A stretch of DNA of 59,447 nt, the filler included, from Sphacelaria rigidula (Eukaryota), in the NCBI GenBank assembly GCA_964200075.2. It is 7 parts of 7 records of this genome, joined end to end, with 100 filler letters (N's around TTAATTAATTAA, not from the genome) between each part and the next. Parts side by side here need not be neighbours in the genome. Positions count along the whole stretch, not along the records: positions 25,523 to 33,929 come from CAXNAA020011249.1; positions 34,030 to 42,435 come from CAXNAA020011250.1; 5 more parts are not named here. One strand, written 5' to 3'. The notes beneath the pieces are model-generated. The model was not told the DNA's origin and ran no database searches. It saw only the letters and a list, made by a program, of their open reading frames with translations. This document shows, piece after piece, positions 25,672 to 37,525 of this stretch; positions within the stretch are counted from its first letter, which is position 1, and the number at the start of each line of letters is the position of its first letter. Both the position numbers and the translations under genes were made by a program.

Positions 25672-26012
25672 CCTCCTCTCAAACAAGAATGTATTTCCTC
25701 CGCACATGATGCCCTGAACACACAACGGTCGCGTGATAACTATAATTCCCCCGGTGGTTAATCTCGTGTTGAGTCCCTCTTTGACGTCAGGGAAAGGACA
25801 GCGAAGGACGCGTCCCCTCGAGGATTCACAGCCATGGCGGCTCTAAAAATGGCTCTGACGGTTGGCCTAGTCGTCCTAAGCTCGAGTTTCTTGGTACGAG
25901 AAGCCTGCGCGCAGTGTGAGTTGACTTCCTGAGGAAAGAAACATAGACAGTAATTGCACGAACACGGAAATCGGATGCTATGTAGGTCCCTATCTTGGGG
26001 TACCGCACGCAG

Positions 26013-29000
26013 TTACCACTGTGTTCAACACCTCAGGTACTCGTTTGTTGCATATTTTCGTGACTAGGGGGCACCTGACTGAAATACAAAAAACTCGTAC
26101 TCCTCCACGGGGTTTCAAGCACAGAATGGAGGGGGTTTCGATCAAAGATACACCATGGGACGCAACACCCATACGGGGTGCCGGCCAAGGTGACCCGCAC
26201 TTCTTGTTCCAGTCCGGACTAGTGCGTGCCAGCTGTCCATAATGGAACTTCATGAGGGCTTCGATAGTTTAAATGAACCTGCAATGTACGCCCAGTATCT
26301 GTATTGTTTCGTGTTTTCTGGGTCTGGCAGTGTGGTTCAGCATCCCAGTCTAACCACTGCCCGCTTTTTTTATCCAATTCCTCTACACGTCACACGTTTG
26401 TCGAGACTGCTCCGATCTTGCCACCCAACACCCCCTTGCGTGCCATCCGATACCTTATGGCCAGACCTTTGTGTGCTTAAGAAACGCCAGATCATACCAT
26501 TAGAGAGTACATGATAATGCCTTGTACAACGTTGGAGTATTCTGTGACGGATAACAACCCAACTTCACTGATTTCTGTGCGTTCGCAGCAACCTGCACAA
26601 CCATAGAGGTACTGGGGGCCGGAGATTTGTCGGGCATTTACTACAAGAACATCACACTGGAAAGACCCACGTTCAAGAAAGGGGGTGTGGATGTCTACAG
26701 CGTCTATCCCGACCCATATTCAGGCGTTTGGACGATGAGCCCAACCCTTGTGGAATCTTACCCCGAGTATGACGTGAGTCGAACGATTTGCTTGCTCATC
26801 CGGCAGTTTTCTCAAATCAGGCCGTTTTCGTTGGCCGAGAGGAGGTTTATATTTTACGGTGTGGCTCAGTATCTTCCTGCGATAGCACAGATATTTACGG
26901 TACCGGTCAAACCAATAGTCAGTAATGTGTTCATTGCTCGCAGAGGTGGTAGTAGAATTTAGAGCAGCTCATGCTTGCCCGGATTACAACCTCGAGAAGG
27001 TGTATCACCAGCGAGATAAACGTCGTGGCAAACAATGTTCGGACTTCAATTTATAGCTGCTGATCACTAGCTCAGGATTTCAAGTTGCCCCCGGCACAGA
27101 GCTTCATGCTACACGTTCAAGAACACTTTTAGCAAAACCCAGAGCCACCCTCCTCCCGATATCTTGACGCCATCAACGGTTTCAAGGGCTGCTACACTTG
27201 TTCGGGGAGGAGCAGTGTTCACCCTAAGTACGGCGTGATGGTCACGTTGGTATCGACCTCGACGAGGAAGACAGATATCTCCAATCCAAAAAGTGTCACG
27301 ACAACAACCTGGAAGTGAAGTCGAGGATGGCTCTGTGTCGTCGGACTAGTACAATGCTGGATGACCTCTGCGTTTTGTGTGCCCGTTGCCCTGCCGTACA
27401 CACCGGGCAGTTCCTATCTCGTTCGAACCGGGTTTTTGTCTGCAAACAACTCGACGAGCTCCCCCTTCTACGCCCTTACATCGAACAAGGACGCTCAGTT
27501 GTACCAGAGAAGTCCACTGCCACATACGGATGCACCCCATTCGAGTGACACAGGAGGCATGTTCAAGCACTGTTCTGGCCTACGCGTGCCTGCATTCTGA
27601 CTGTACACCGCCCCCCCCCCCCCTGGCCATTATACGTTGCGTTGCAGACGACGCAAACTGTGGATGACGTCTCGCATCCTGTTGACATCACCGGTGACTG
27701 GACCATATACGAATACTACCTCGATCGCGGAACTCCAGCACCATACGTGTTCATCACTTGCACAACAGGTGCATATGGATTATTTCGTGTGTAAGAGCAC
27801 CGGGTCGCAACACAGCAACGCAAGCGCAGACGGTTCCGAGAGTCTCCTCTATGAGAATAGCACAAGGGTTACGTAGGAGAAAGAGTGGCTGATGGCCCGT
27901 CCCGTCGTTTTGTGGTCATCGCATGATGAGTTTCCAAAGTTTGGAGCCCGGAAACACGGAATCGGCCAACTGGTTTGCAGAGAGAGAATGTGACCCAAAA
28001 AGCACGACGTGTATAATTTCACCCTTCGACACCTGTAGAGAAATACTTCGAGAAGTTCCGAGTTGACTGTGGTCGGTTGTGAATCTTCAAACCCCTGCTG
28101 ATTAGCCTACCGATAGACGAGCCATTAGTTTGAACACCAGCCCCGACCACACACGCCTCTATTGGAAATCTATTGCCACGCGTGTACTGCGTGGGAGGAT
28201 CGCGTGTTTAGAGGACCACATCGCAGTCCAAAACACCCCAGGAATAACGTTTTTCAAAACCGATCGGGCCAGTCCCTACAGGGACCACGCTCCCGACCCT
28301 AACCCCAACACTGACCCTAACCCCGACCCTAACCACAGGGGTGTTTAAACTTCGATGCGGTCCTCTAAACACGCGGTCCTCCTACGCGTTACAACGCGGA
28401 CCCCATACGGCCACAATTCGTGTGCGTATTGCTCCTTCGTCCCCGGCATGATGCTGTAATGCGTGAGAGGACCGCGTGACCGCATCTGAACTTGAACACC
28501 CCTATGGTTGGAGTTAGGGTGAGGGTTAGTGTTGGGGTTAGGGTCAGGGGCATGGTTCCTGCAGGGACTGGCCCGATCGATTTCGAAAGACGTCGATCCG
28601 GGGGTGTTTTGGACTACGGCGCGGTCCTCTACGCACGCGGTCCTCTCACGCATTACAATACCTCCAGACACTAACGCCAGATACGCTCGCGTATCGAGTT
28701 GCCCCCACATGCATAGCTAAACAGTGTCCATCTTGTCTGCTGCAGTTCTCTAGGCTCGCTTTTTGCTGTCCAGCAAACCGTTTCCGCGTGTCGCACGCCA
28801 CACACGGCGGAAGCTCGACAGTCTGTCTTGTGAGAACCTCTCGTGGCCGTAAATGGAAAATGGAGCTCTTTGTTGATCATGTAACTGAAGGTGTGGATAT
28901 GAACGCCGTTCGCTCTTCTCATGCACCATGTACGTTGCTTCACGGGGTGGGTAGTCAAAACGACGGAAGGGGGGACTTTTGAAGCTCTCAGGAACCTGTA

Positions 29001-30003
29001 GATTAGCTACCCACGTTTTGCCGGGCCGGTCAGTGTAACCCTCGTGACTGCCACTTCCGCCTTCGTCAGAGCGTATTGTTTGCTTACTGTTGAACCCGCT
29101 GTCCGCCGCCTCGCACGTCCGCTGCTCGTTCCGTTTTCAGAAACTACGCCGGACGTGGAGACTTCATGTGAGAGAATGCACCTGCCGTCGCTGTAGTAAC
29201 AACGAATGAGATTTGTGCGCTACAATACTAGCAAGTCATTTTGCCTGCATGATCATGTTTCGCATGCAATTGCAGGAACAACTCCATCCATCGTGCTGCT
29301 TCTCGCTAGTGCGTGCGAGTGTGGTCATCTCGATTATACTATCGCCCCAACTCGGTCAAACCCCGCTCTTCACCCCTTCGGTGCCGTTGTAATGCGTGGG
29401 AGGACCGCGCGCTTAGAGGACCGCATCGGAATTTGAACATTCCTACGGTAGGGTTTAGGGTTAGGGTTAGTGTTAGGGTTAGGGTTAGGGGGGTGGTTCC
29501 CGCAGGGACTGGCCCGATTGGTTTTGCAAAACGTCGATCCTGAGGCGTTTCGAACTACGATGCGGTCCCCTAAGCACGCAGTTCTCTCAAGCATTACACT
29601 GTATGTAGCCGAAGCGTTGTTCGAGCCCTTCGGGTGTGTCGTAAGAGCAACTAATAGCTGTAGTGTCTCCAATACAAGGTTGAGTTGCACGACGCCAAAA
29701 TAGGTACAAAGTAAGTACCACTTGGGGATGATGAACAGCATCGAACAGTTCCATGTTCGCATGGGAAATATGAACCGCGTCGTACGTCCTTTTTATATGC
29801 CGCGGCATCGTGGTCCACATACAGCATGCAGAACTGTTGAGGTGGCCGGAGCGGGCGATCTCTCGGGGAACTTCAATTTCGACTGGTCGACTTCCACCTA
29901 CAAGAGGTACGCGGGCACTGATCTCTATAGCATCTTCATCGACTACGAGGGCGGCGCGTGGACTCTGAGTCCTACGGAGATGGAAAGTTACCCAAAATAC
30001 CAA
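26013..30003 (+). CDS. Partial gene for a repeat-module, probably extracellular protein; exons 26013-26036 (linker), 26589-26773 (A1), 27648-27768 (B1), 29141-29167 (linker), 29825-30003 (A2)
   Basis: AG/GT borders with compatible phases. A1 (TCTTIEVLGAGDLSG…WTMSPTLVESYPEYD) and A2 (CRTVEVAGAGDLSG…WTLSPTEMESYPKYQ) are paralogous and share the donor GTGAGT. B1 reads TTQTVDDVSHPVDITGDW…FITCTT. The linker micro-exons are less certain. Confidence 0.7.
28183..28393 (+). mobile_element. ~210-bp TIR element with internal telomere-like repeats (family T)
   Basis: TGTA…TACA termini, ~30-bp TIR, degenerate CCCTAA array, 5-bp flanking duplication ACGCG. Confidence 0.85.
28455..28657 (-). mobile_element. 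Family T copy
   Basis: tgtaatgcgtgagaggaccgcgtg…cacgcggtcctctcacgcattaca with a TTAGGG-like array. Confidence 0.85.
29388..29598 (-). mobile_element. Family T copy
   Basis: Same TIR; tagggtttagggttagggttagtgttagggttagggttaggg. Confidence 0.88.
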
Positions 30004-30086
30004 GTGAGTAGCACTACTATGTAGGTTCTAAAATGTAGGTGTCACTGGGGTTCTTGGAATGTAATATTGTATGTATGTTTCATTTA

Positions 30087-30288
30087 CGACTGGCCGACTT
30101 CTACCTACACGAGGTACGCGGGCACTGATCTCTATGGCATCTTCATCGACTACTACAAGGGCGGCGCAATGACTCTGAGTCCTACGGAGATGGAAAGTTA
30201 CCCGAAATACCAAGTGAGTAGCACTCCTATGTAGGTACTAAAATGTAGGTGTCACTGGGGTTCTTGAAATGTTATTTTGCATGTATGT
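30087..30288 (+). pseudogene. Tandem partial duplicate of exon A2 and its downstream intron (pseudo-exon)
   Basis: Near-copy of 29880-30078; keeps the donor CAA|GTGAGT, lacks the exon 5' part and acceptor, and has indels. Confidence 0.85.
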
Positions 30289-30550
30289 AGGAACCTTTGA
30301 GAGAGTTTGGCTGTCCTAAGCTGTGCAACATGCACCCGCAGCCATTCGGCTGGCCCCGAAAATTCTCTCGTGGATTTTCCAAACGTCTCTCAACATGGCA
30401 TCCATATTGTACTCCCCACTGGAACATCTCAGTTATTCGCAATCATCTAGAGGATATTTAACGTCGGATTCTCCCCCCGGAGAGTTTTAACATCGCAGTC
30501 TCCCTCTAATCAAGGGTTTTCAACGTTGGGGTGCCATCAAGGGTTCAAAA

Positions 30551-31251
30551 GCCGACCATCGAAATTCAGGATGGAGCTTTTCATTGAGGATGAGAAGCGG
30601 GAGGAATACAATCTTCGTATTCACCCCCAAATCTTTACAATATGATGCCATTTTTACGTACTGGTGGCTGTTGACAACTGCTACACGCCCTACAAATTTG
30701 GATCTCGATAACGAAATATCGGGGCCCTAGATGAAGAAACAATTACGGGGAATTTAGGTGATCCGATTGAATCACCGAAATTCCCCCAAATTAGTTTTTT
30801 TATCTAGGATCTCAGCATTTCGGTTATCGAAATCAAAACTTGTAGGGCGTGTAGCAGATGTCAATAGCTATCACTAGCTGAGGAGCAATGCTACAGCAGG
30901 GGTGCACTTTTTGCGCAAAACCTTGTCTAGTTCAGGGGCTCCTAACGATTCTAGATTGCACAAGAACACGGGTCGGGGCATCCCCGTTTGGAAATTCACT
31001 CGGAACATCTATAGCAAAATGAAGAGTAATCCTAGCGATCTCTTTACATATTTCGTATGTGGTGTGTTGGATGAGATACAGGGCTCTTGACAATTCTAGC
31101 CCTCAGAAAGTATTTGTTCATCCCTATCGTAGCATCATCCTTAGAGAATGGAACCGTATTTCGAAGATTTGGTGTGGATACGAAGATCTTCGTCCTCCGG
31201 AAACTCGTCCTCAATGAAAAGCTCCATCCTCAATTTCGATGATCAGCTGTT
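30551..31251. mobile_element. Fold-back element (Y arms with palindromic core 30661-30877), interrupted by a MITE W copy at 30883-31140
   Basis: Inverted arms; the uninterrupted version is at 57531-57963; W TIRs present with imperfect 4-bp flanks TGAG/TTAG. Confidence 0.82.
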
Positions 31252-33929
31252 GTTTGTGTCAACAGAAATCCTCTTGATTGTTTCTGAAGGCTCTCGTGCT
31301 GTGGGAATCCCATACTGGTTACGGTGTATACGTATATGTACCATTTCACATTTTTCATCACTTTTGCCGAGTTTTCTCTGGCAGGAAGGCATGTTATCCC
31401 GCGCTTTGTTTTACAGCGCACGAAGAAGGCGCAGCGGTACATTACCGTTCAGGTTTGGGTGTCATCTGATATCTGCTGCGCGTGTTCTGGCCACCGAAAG
31501 TCGCCCAAACTGGCTCGTTTCCCGGGGTGTCGATCCCGAGCCACAAACGCCTTTTCAAGATAGTGGAAAACTTCAAACAGGAACCCGGACCACAAAAGCC
31601 TGTTCATTGCGGAGAATTATTTCATCGTGTTTTTTTTTTGCGTTCTCGTTGATTTGGAACCACGAAGGCAGCAGTTATGCAGCGAGTGTCACGAGCACAT
31701 GAGAGCAAAGCGGTTGAAAACAGTTGAGCATTACCTTGACCTTTGGTCAGCAGCAAACACAAGTCGAATGATCTGAGATCACTCATCATGTAGTTTTGAC
31801 GTGAAGACCCTAACATCGTCATATCTGCGTAATGTGGGTCCCAGTTATGCGCACCCAACAGTCCACAAACGCATGTTGAATAGCATCGGAGAAAATGTGG
31901 ATTGGTATTAGAGGAAGGTGTCACAGTCACAGCTGCAGCAGGGGAAGTCACTGGTGGTCCGATCTGCATTAATACGGTGGATACCCACGGTGCGTGGGAT
32001 TTTGTTTTTTCAACCCTCTGCTGTCTGATGACGGCTTTAGTGGGTGCAGTGACAGTTGAGCACGCAGGCTGCGACGGGTCCTGCCGGCCTCATCATCAGT
32101 CTTCGCCCAGTTGTGGATGAATGCTCGAAGAAACCCAGCAAACAAGCATCGTTTATGGTCCGCTATATATGCGAGGGTTGGGAGCTGAACATTTTCGCTC
32201 AAAACAATCTTGACAGTCGAAGGTAAAGCTCCTGTCGCGCGACCAGTGGGTAATGCCACGGATCCTTCCCAGCGTACCTGGTATTGGGAGCGACATCCCG
32301 GTGCAGACGGTCCCATCACTGCCGGGACGGCCATGCAAAAAGGTCGGCAGCCGGGATGGTCGTGGCGCTGAGGTTCTTCTAGTGTTCTCAACTTGGAGTA
32401 CGGCCGCTCCGGCTTTGCACGTCGATATTTCGGTAATTGCCTCACTTAAAAGTGGATCCTGGAAAGAGGGGTCAATATCAAAAGTGAGGTTCAAGTGGCA
32501 TTTCTTTTTTTCAGGGATGACGCGAAACACTCACGACCGAGCGAAGCCATCTTCCCCCCAAATGTCCGCAGCAGTTAAGCAGCTGTGGCCAGGTGCACCT
32601 AACGAAGGCGGTGTGCACGCGTGTCGATGACGATATCACCATAGAGAGAAGCAATGACAGAGAGGAAGCTCCTCGCCCGTGCCCTTTGTGTGTCCTCGCT
32701 CGGCGATTACCAAACTCTCGAGGGACTGGCATCATCGATGTTACCAGCATGTGCCCAATTTCCCATGTGCCAGAAAATCGAGGTGCGGAGAGATTCCGTC
32801 TCTGCTTGCCTGTGACCAATACGAAGATAGATTTCTCTCTGTCTCTCTTTTTGGACAGGACACGCCTCTCTGCACTGAAAACATGTCGTTGAAAAGCAGG
32901 GCAATGTTTCTGTCACCGCTACTACTGTTTTCTGTTGCGCACATGCCAGCAAGGGCGGTGGGGTGACAATAACAAATAGATTCAATGTGAATTTGGGGGT
33001 GTTATTCATCGTTGATTTTACCCACATCTGACCCTCTGGGTGCCCGACCAGAAGAGCGTGCCACACGCCAGTTGAGGGGGGTGTATGAGAGACCAAACAC
33101 TTGTAAAGACTTTCTTGACATGCGGAATGAAAAACGATGCCTATGGTGGTGACCTAACTATTGCTAACGTGACGCATAGGAGTCCGTCCATGCTGCAATC
33201 TGGAGCACACGCTGATCGCGTGAACACCTAGCTCGGTACAGTACGAGTAGCTTTCCAGAATTATTCCGATCTGAGGTCATGCATTACAAGCTGGGACGAG
33301 AGTGCTCTACGATCAACCACTTGTCTTTGCATTTGAGACCCACGCCATCAATCGCCGACGTCAAGGGTCTTGTGGCTTTCACGCAACGCTGTCGGTAGTA
33401 CGGCACCCGATCATAGCTAGCTTTCGTTGCTCTACTGTACTTACTCCCGTCTGTTCACAGGAGGTCACCGTAACAGCATGCACCGAAGTTTGCAACAGCC
33501 ATGAAAGCTCAACAGTTTGATTTTTTTCAACCAAATCCACACAAGTTGAAGGACTCTCAAGACCTGAGGGAGGACGGCTTTCCTGTCCCCCCGCCAGGCA
33601 TTAATAAACGAAGATAAAACTGATGGGGGCACGGAGAGTTTCTTCTTCATGAAAGCACGTGTTTTCCAACCTGCAAAACGTTTCATGCGCATTGGTTCCA
33701 AATACAAACGGTAACTTGTCGATTTCTCTTCCGTTCACCACGTGTCATAAAGAGGGAGCTAGCTAATGCAGTGGCTGGGGTCTATCAGTATGAGTGCCAG
33801 GGGATACCATGGTGTCAGCCTCACCAAGCTCCCACGTGGGCAAACTCACACAGACCTAGCTATCCTCCCTTGACTTATCACAATATAGATTCATTCGTGT
33901 TCAGACTCTTGATAAGGAACTCACGTGTT

Positions 33930-34029
33930 NNNNNNNNNNNNNNNNNNNNNNNNNNNNNNNNNNNNNNNNNNNNTTAATTAATTAANNNNNNNNNNNNNNN
34001 NNNNNNNNNNNNNNNNNNNNNNNNNNNNN
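33930..34029. other. Artificial contig linker
   Basis: N44-TTAATTAATTAA-N44. Confidence 0.98.
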
Positions 34030-34131
34030 TTCGGCGAGTCGCATGAAGGGTGAGCTGCATCCTGCTAAGATTGTTCGGCCCGAAGCCTGCTGATTATCTT
34101 GCACGGTTAGGACAAATCAGACTTCATATGA

Positions 34132-35811
34132 GTCGACTCGCTATGACGCGCAAGCAGTCATGCTGTGTAAACCGCTGGTCCCGCTGAGAGAAAATTACGC
34201 GTGATTCAGGGCCCATTGGAAGTGAAGAGTCAACCTGTACAACTTGTTAATCCCGCGTTAGCCCAAAGGTGGGAAAAATGTACGGGCGCTCATCTCCAAC
34301 AAGTTGGTCAAGCAAGTTGCACATGACGTTCCCGACTCATGATAATGAGAAGTGCGTGACATGTACAATCGATGCATCCAATTTTCTAGTGCAGGGTTGA
34401 CTATGTGCCCATTTTTTACCCCGGTAGTCATGGAAGGTATGAAGCGAGTACCTTCGGGTTATACTGAGCCACGCACAAGCTAAGAAGCTGTATGACTTAC
34501 AAATGATGTACGACTAGTATGATCTTTTCATTGAAATGATGGCTCTGAGTTGACTAACGACTCATCATGTCACATCGCCAAAAATTATGAAACCATCGTG
34601 TGCGCAGTCGGTACCGTTCATGGTACGGTACGGTATCACAGTAATGATCTGTGTTATACTGCGCTGCTGTGCGTTGGGCTTGTTCTGTTGTGGTAAGTGT
34701 AGTGAGCCCGTGAGTGTAGTGTAGTGCGGCGTACAGTAGTGTATTGTGGGAGCACCTACTACGCTGCCGTGCTGGTTTGTGCGGAACTGTGCCGTGATGT
34801 GCTGTAGTGTGTATTGTAGTCTAGTCTAGTGTAGCCTAGCCTAGCCTAGCCCAGCGTAGTGTATCCGTGTTGCTGTGCTATGCTTTGTTGGGCCCGGGCA
34901 AGGAAACCCCGTGTGGGTTCCGTCAACGCTTGTTTTTACACAGAATTGCCAACCGCGGTGAACCACCGTACACCACTGCGCAACTTCGTTCACGATGTGC
35001 AATCTACACCATCCTCGATGTTTTTTCCCCGTACTATGGTACCGGCCACATCCCCTTCGCTGTCGGTCAGTCTGAAGCATAGAAAAGTTAATAGTGCTTC
35101 GTGTACCGACACGGTGGAGCAATTCGTACAGGTGCCTTCAGTACAATATTGCGTGTCTTATTCCTGTGAGGTCCCAACACAACAGCATACGACCACGCCG
35201 TCGATGGTTCATGATTGGAAAAACGCATCTTCCCACCATTACGCAGAGGTATCGCTCGTGCACGGTACTTAACAGCCGCGGCGAACTGCCGCGCCTCCTT
35301 GTACCTGCCGGGTGTGGTGTTATGTCGACTCGCTATGATGCGCAAGCAGTCATGCTGTATAAACCATTGGTCCGCTGAGTCGAGGGTGGATAACACATGT
35401 GCAGCGCATTACCATTGGGAGAAAATACGCGTGGCACAGGCCCCATGAACATGAAATGGCAGAATTCAACTCTTTGCCGAGTGTTGGTCCCACATTCACC
35501 CGAGGGTGGATAACATATAAGATATTGTGCAGTGCAGGCATCTTGCGCGCATTACAGGTTGGAGAAAAGTGTGTGTGGTTCAGGACCCATTACTGCAGAT
35601 TAATTAACCTGTATGACTTATGTAGGTCCCGCATTCATCCGAAGGTGGGAAACATGTACGGGCGCTCACGTTGAACTTGTCACACATGGCGTACATATAC
35701 AAGCCATTCACGCCTCAGAGTCATGAAGAAGGACTGGCTGTGTGAATTACAAATGATGTACGGACCGTATGATTTATTCGTTGAAATGATGACTCTGAGT
35801 TGACTCACGAG
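34132..35811. repeat. Diverged direct repeats (~34132-34560 and ~35324-35811) flanking a GTAGT/TAGCC microsatellite region
   Basis: Shared blocks gtcgactcgctatga…gcaagcagtcatgctgt, aaggtgggaaa…atgtacgggcgctca and ttacaaatgatgtacg…ttgaaatgatg…ctctgagttgact. Confidence 0.75.
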
Positions 35812-36323
35812 TTGATTTGTCCTAACCGTGTTATCTTGCATTTGGATGACAGCCTACCATGAGTTGCTTTACTCTCTGGCATCGCCACTTCCAGAGATAG
35901 CCACGGCTTACGCACTGCCTCATGGGTCTCTCACCATTTCAACACCACGTGGTACGATCATCTCGTTTGTGCGAAGTTGAGTTTTTCCCACGCCGCTCAA
36001 CATGATCTAGCTCGACTACCGTCATGCTTACCGAAGAATAAAAGCGCAAGTGCGCAAAAACAAAGCGGTAACCTGGTTGCCTAGCTTCACAGTGAGTGGC
36101 GTGTTTTACAGCGTTATCGCCAACTGACGCCAACCCCATCGGGGGTGGGGGAAGAGATCTTGCATACCGTAGGCATAAGGCCATTGATCAGGCTCCAGGA
36201 GTGTTTAGAAACCACTACAATGCATGATTACTGTGATACGATACCTGATTACAGGCTACAAGTGCCTGTGTGTGCGTCATGCCTTTCAACACTCGACTCC
36301 ATCAAAACTTGTTGGAGAAATAC

Positions 36324-36728
36324 TAGAGCTCGGAAATGGTTTGTCTAACCACTAACCAGTTGAACGGTCACGCGTAGCGCACTACCTGGACCATTCAAAT
36401 GGTACATGATGGTTTGGTCATCGAGCGGCGCAGCCCCGAGCCAAAAAGCCCTCCCCGGCGAAGGAGGCCCCGCCGGAGGCGACCCCGGAGGCACGTTTTT
36501 ACGCGATTTGGCTTCACTGGAGCTAAAAAATACGTGAAATTTGGGCAAATTTTCAAGGGTTGTATGAAGCCTACGTAGCCGGTAGCGGCTTATAAAGCCG
36601 GTAACGGTAAATAATGGTTTGAAACCACTATCTATTTTTTTTATATTACCATAACCATTATAACCATTACCACTTTTACTATTATAATGATAACTGCCAG
36701 TTATAACTGGTACCATTTCCGAGCTCTA
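36324..36728. mobile_element. hAT-like MITE, copy 1
   Basis: 17-bp TIR TAGAGCTCGGAAATGGT; imperfect 8-bp flanks AGAAATAC/AGAGATAT. Confidence 0.8.
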
Positions 36729-37017
36729 AGAGATATAGTCGGACAGATTGCATGCCAGCCGTCCATGTCCTAGAACACGGTATCAACCAAGTGAGAATCT
36801 GATTGACCAACTGCGGTGTGAATATCGCTTCGATTTTCAGCACCCGACACTCGAAGCTAACTTGTGACACAGCGCAGCACAAGAGCAGCAACAGCACACA
36901 GCGTCAGTTCAGAACACGAAAGACGACGCACCAGGCTGTGACAGGCCTCCCGAACAAATTGCAAGTTCAACGACTGGGTAGCTGCCAGCATTGCGGGTGT
37001 TTTATTCGAATATTTAG

Positions 37018-37405
37018 TAGAGCTCGGAAATGGTACCAGTTATAACTGGCCATTATCATTATAATGGTAATAATGGTGATAATGATAAAAAAAATTGGAT
37101 AATGGTTTCAAACCATTATTTACCGTTACCGGGTTTACAAGCCGTTACCAGCTACGTGGGCTACATACAGCCCTTGAAACTTGGCCCAAATTTCACGTAT
37201 TTTTCAGCTCCAGTGAAGCCGAATCGCGTAAAAACGTGCCGCCGGCACGGCGCCTCCACCGCCCCCCCCCCCCCGCCGGGGAGGGCTTCTTGGCTCGCGG
37301 CTGCGCCTCTGACGAAACCAGTATGTACCATTTAAATGGTTAATGAGTGCGCTACGCGTAACCATTCAACTGGTCAATGGTTAGACAAACCATTTCCGAG
37401 CTCGA
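37018..37405. mobile_element. hAT-like MITE, copy 2, inverted relative to copy 1
   Basis: Same TIR; the internal sequence is the reverse complement of copy 1. Confidence 0.8.
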
Positions 37406-37525
37406 GTTTTTATAGAGTCGACTGATCCTAAGCTTTCGGGATACTTTCTCGCGGAATTGAAGCCACATTCGCCACATCATCTGGTACAAATCGTTTACCA
37501 TGACTGCGGGTCTTGGAAAACTCAC

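Noticed and set aside
27229..27317. Extra exon-B-like peptide (TDISNPKSVTTTTWK)
   Set aside because: In-frame stop, weak nucleotide similarity and no donor site; may be chance
29449..29490. True telomere or chromosome end
   Set aside because: Short degenerate tract inside a TIR element present in several internal copies
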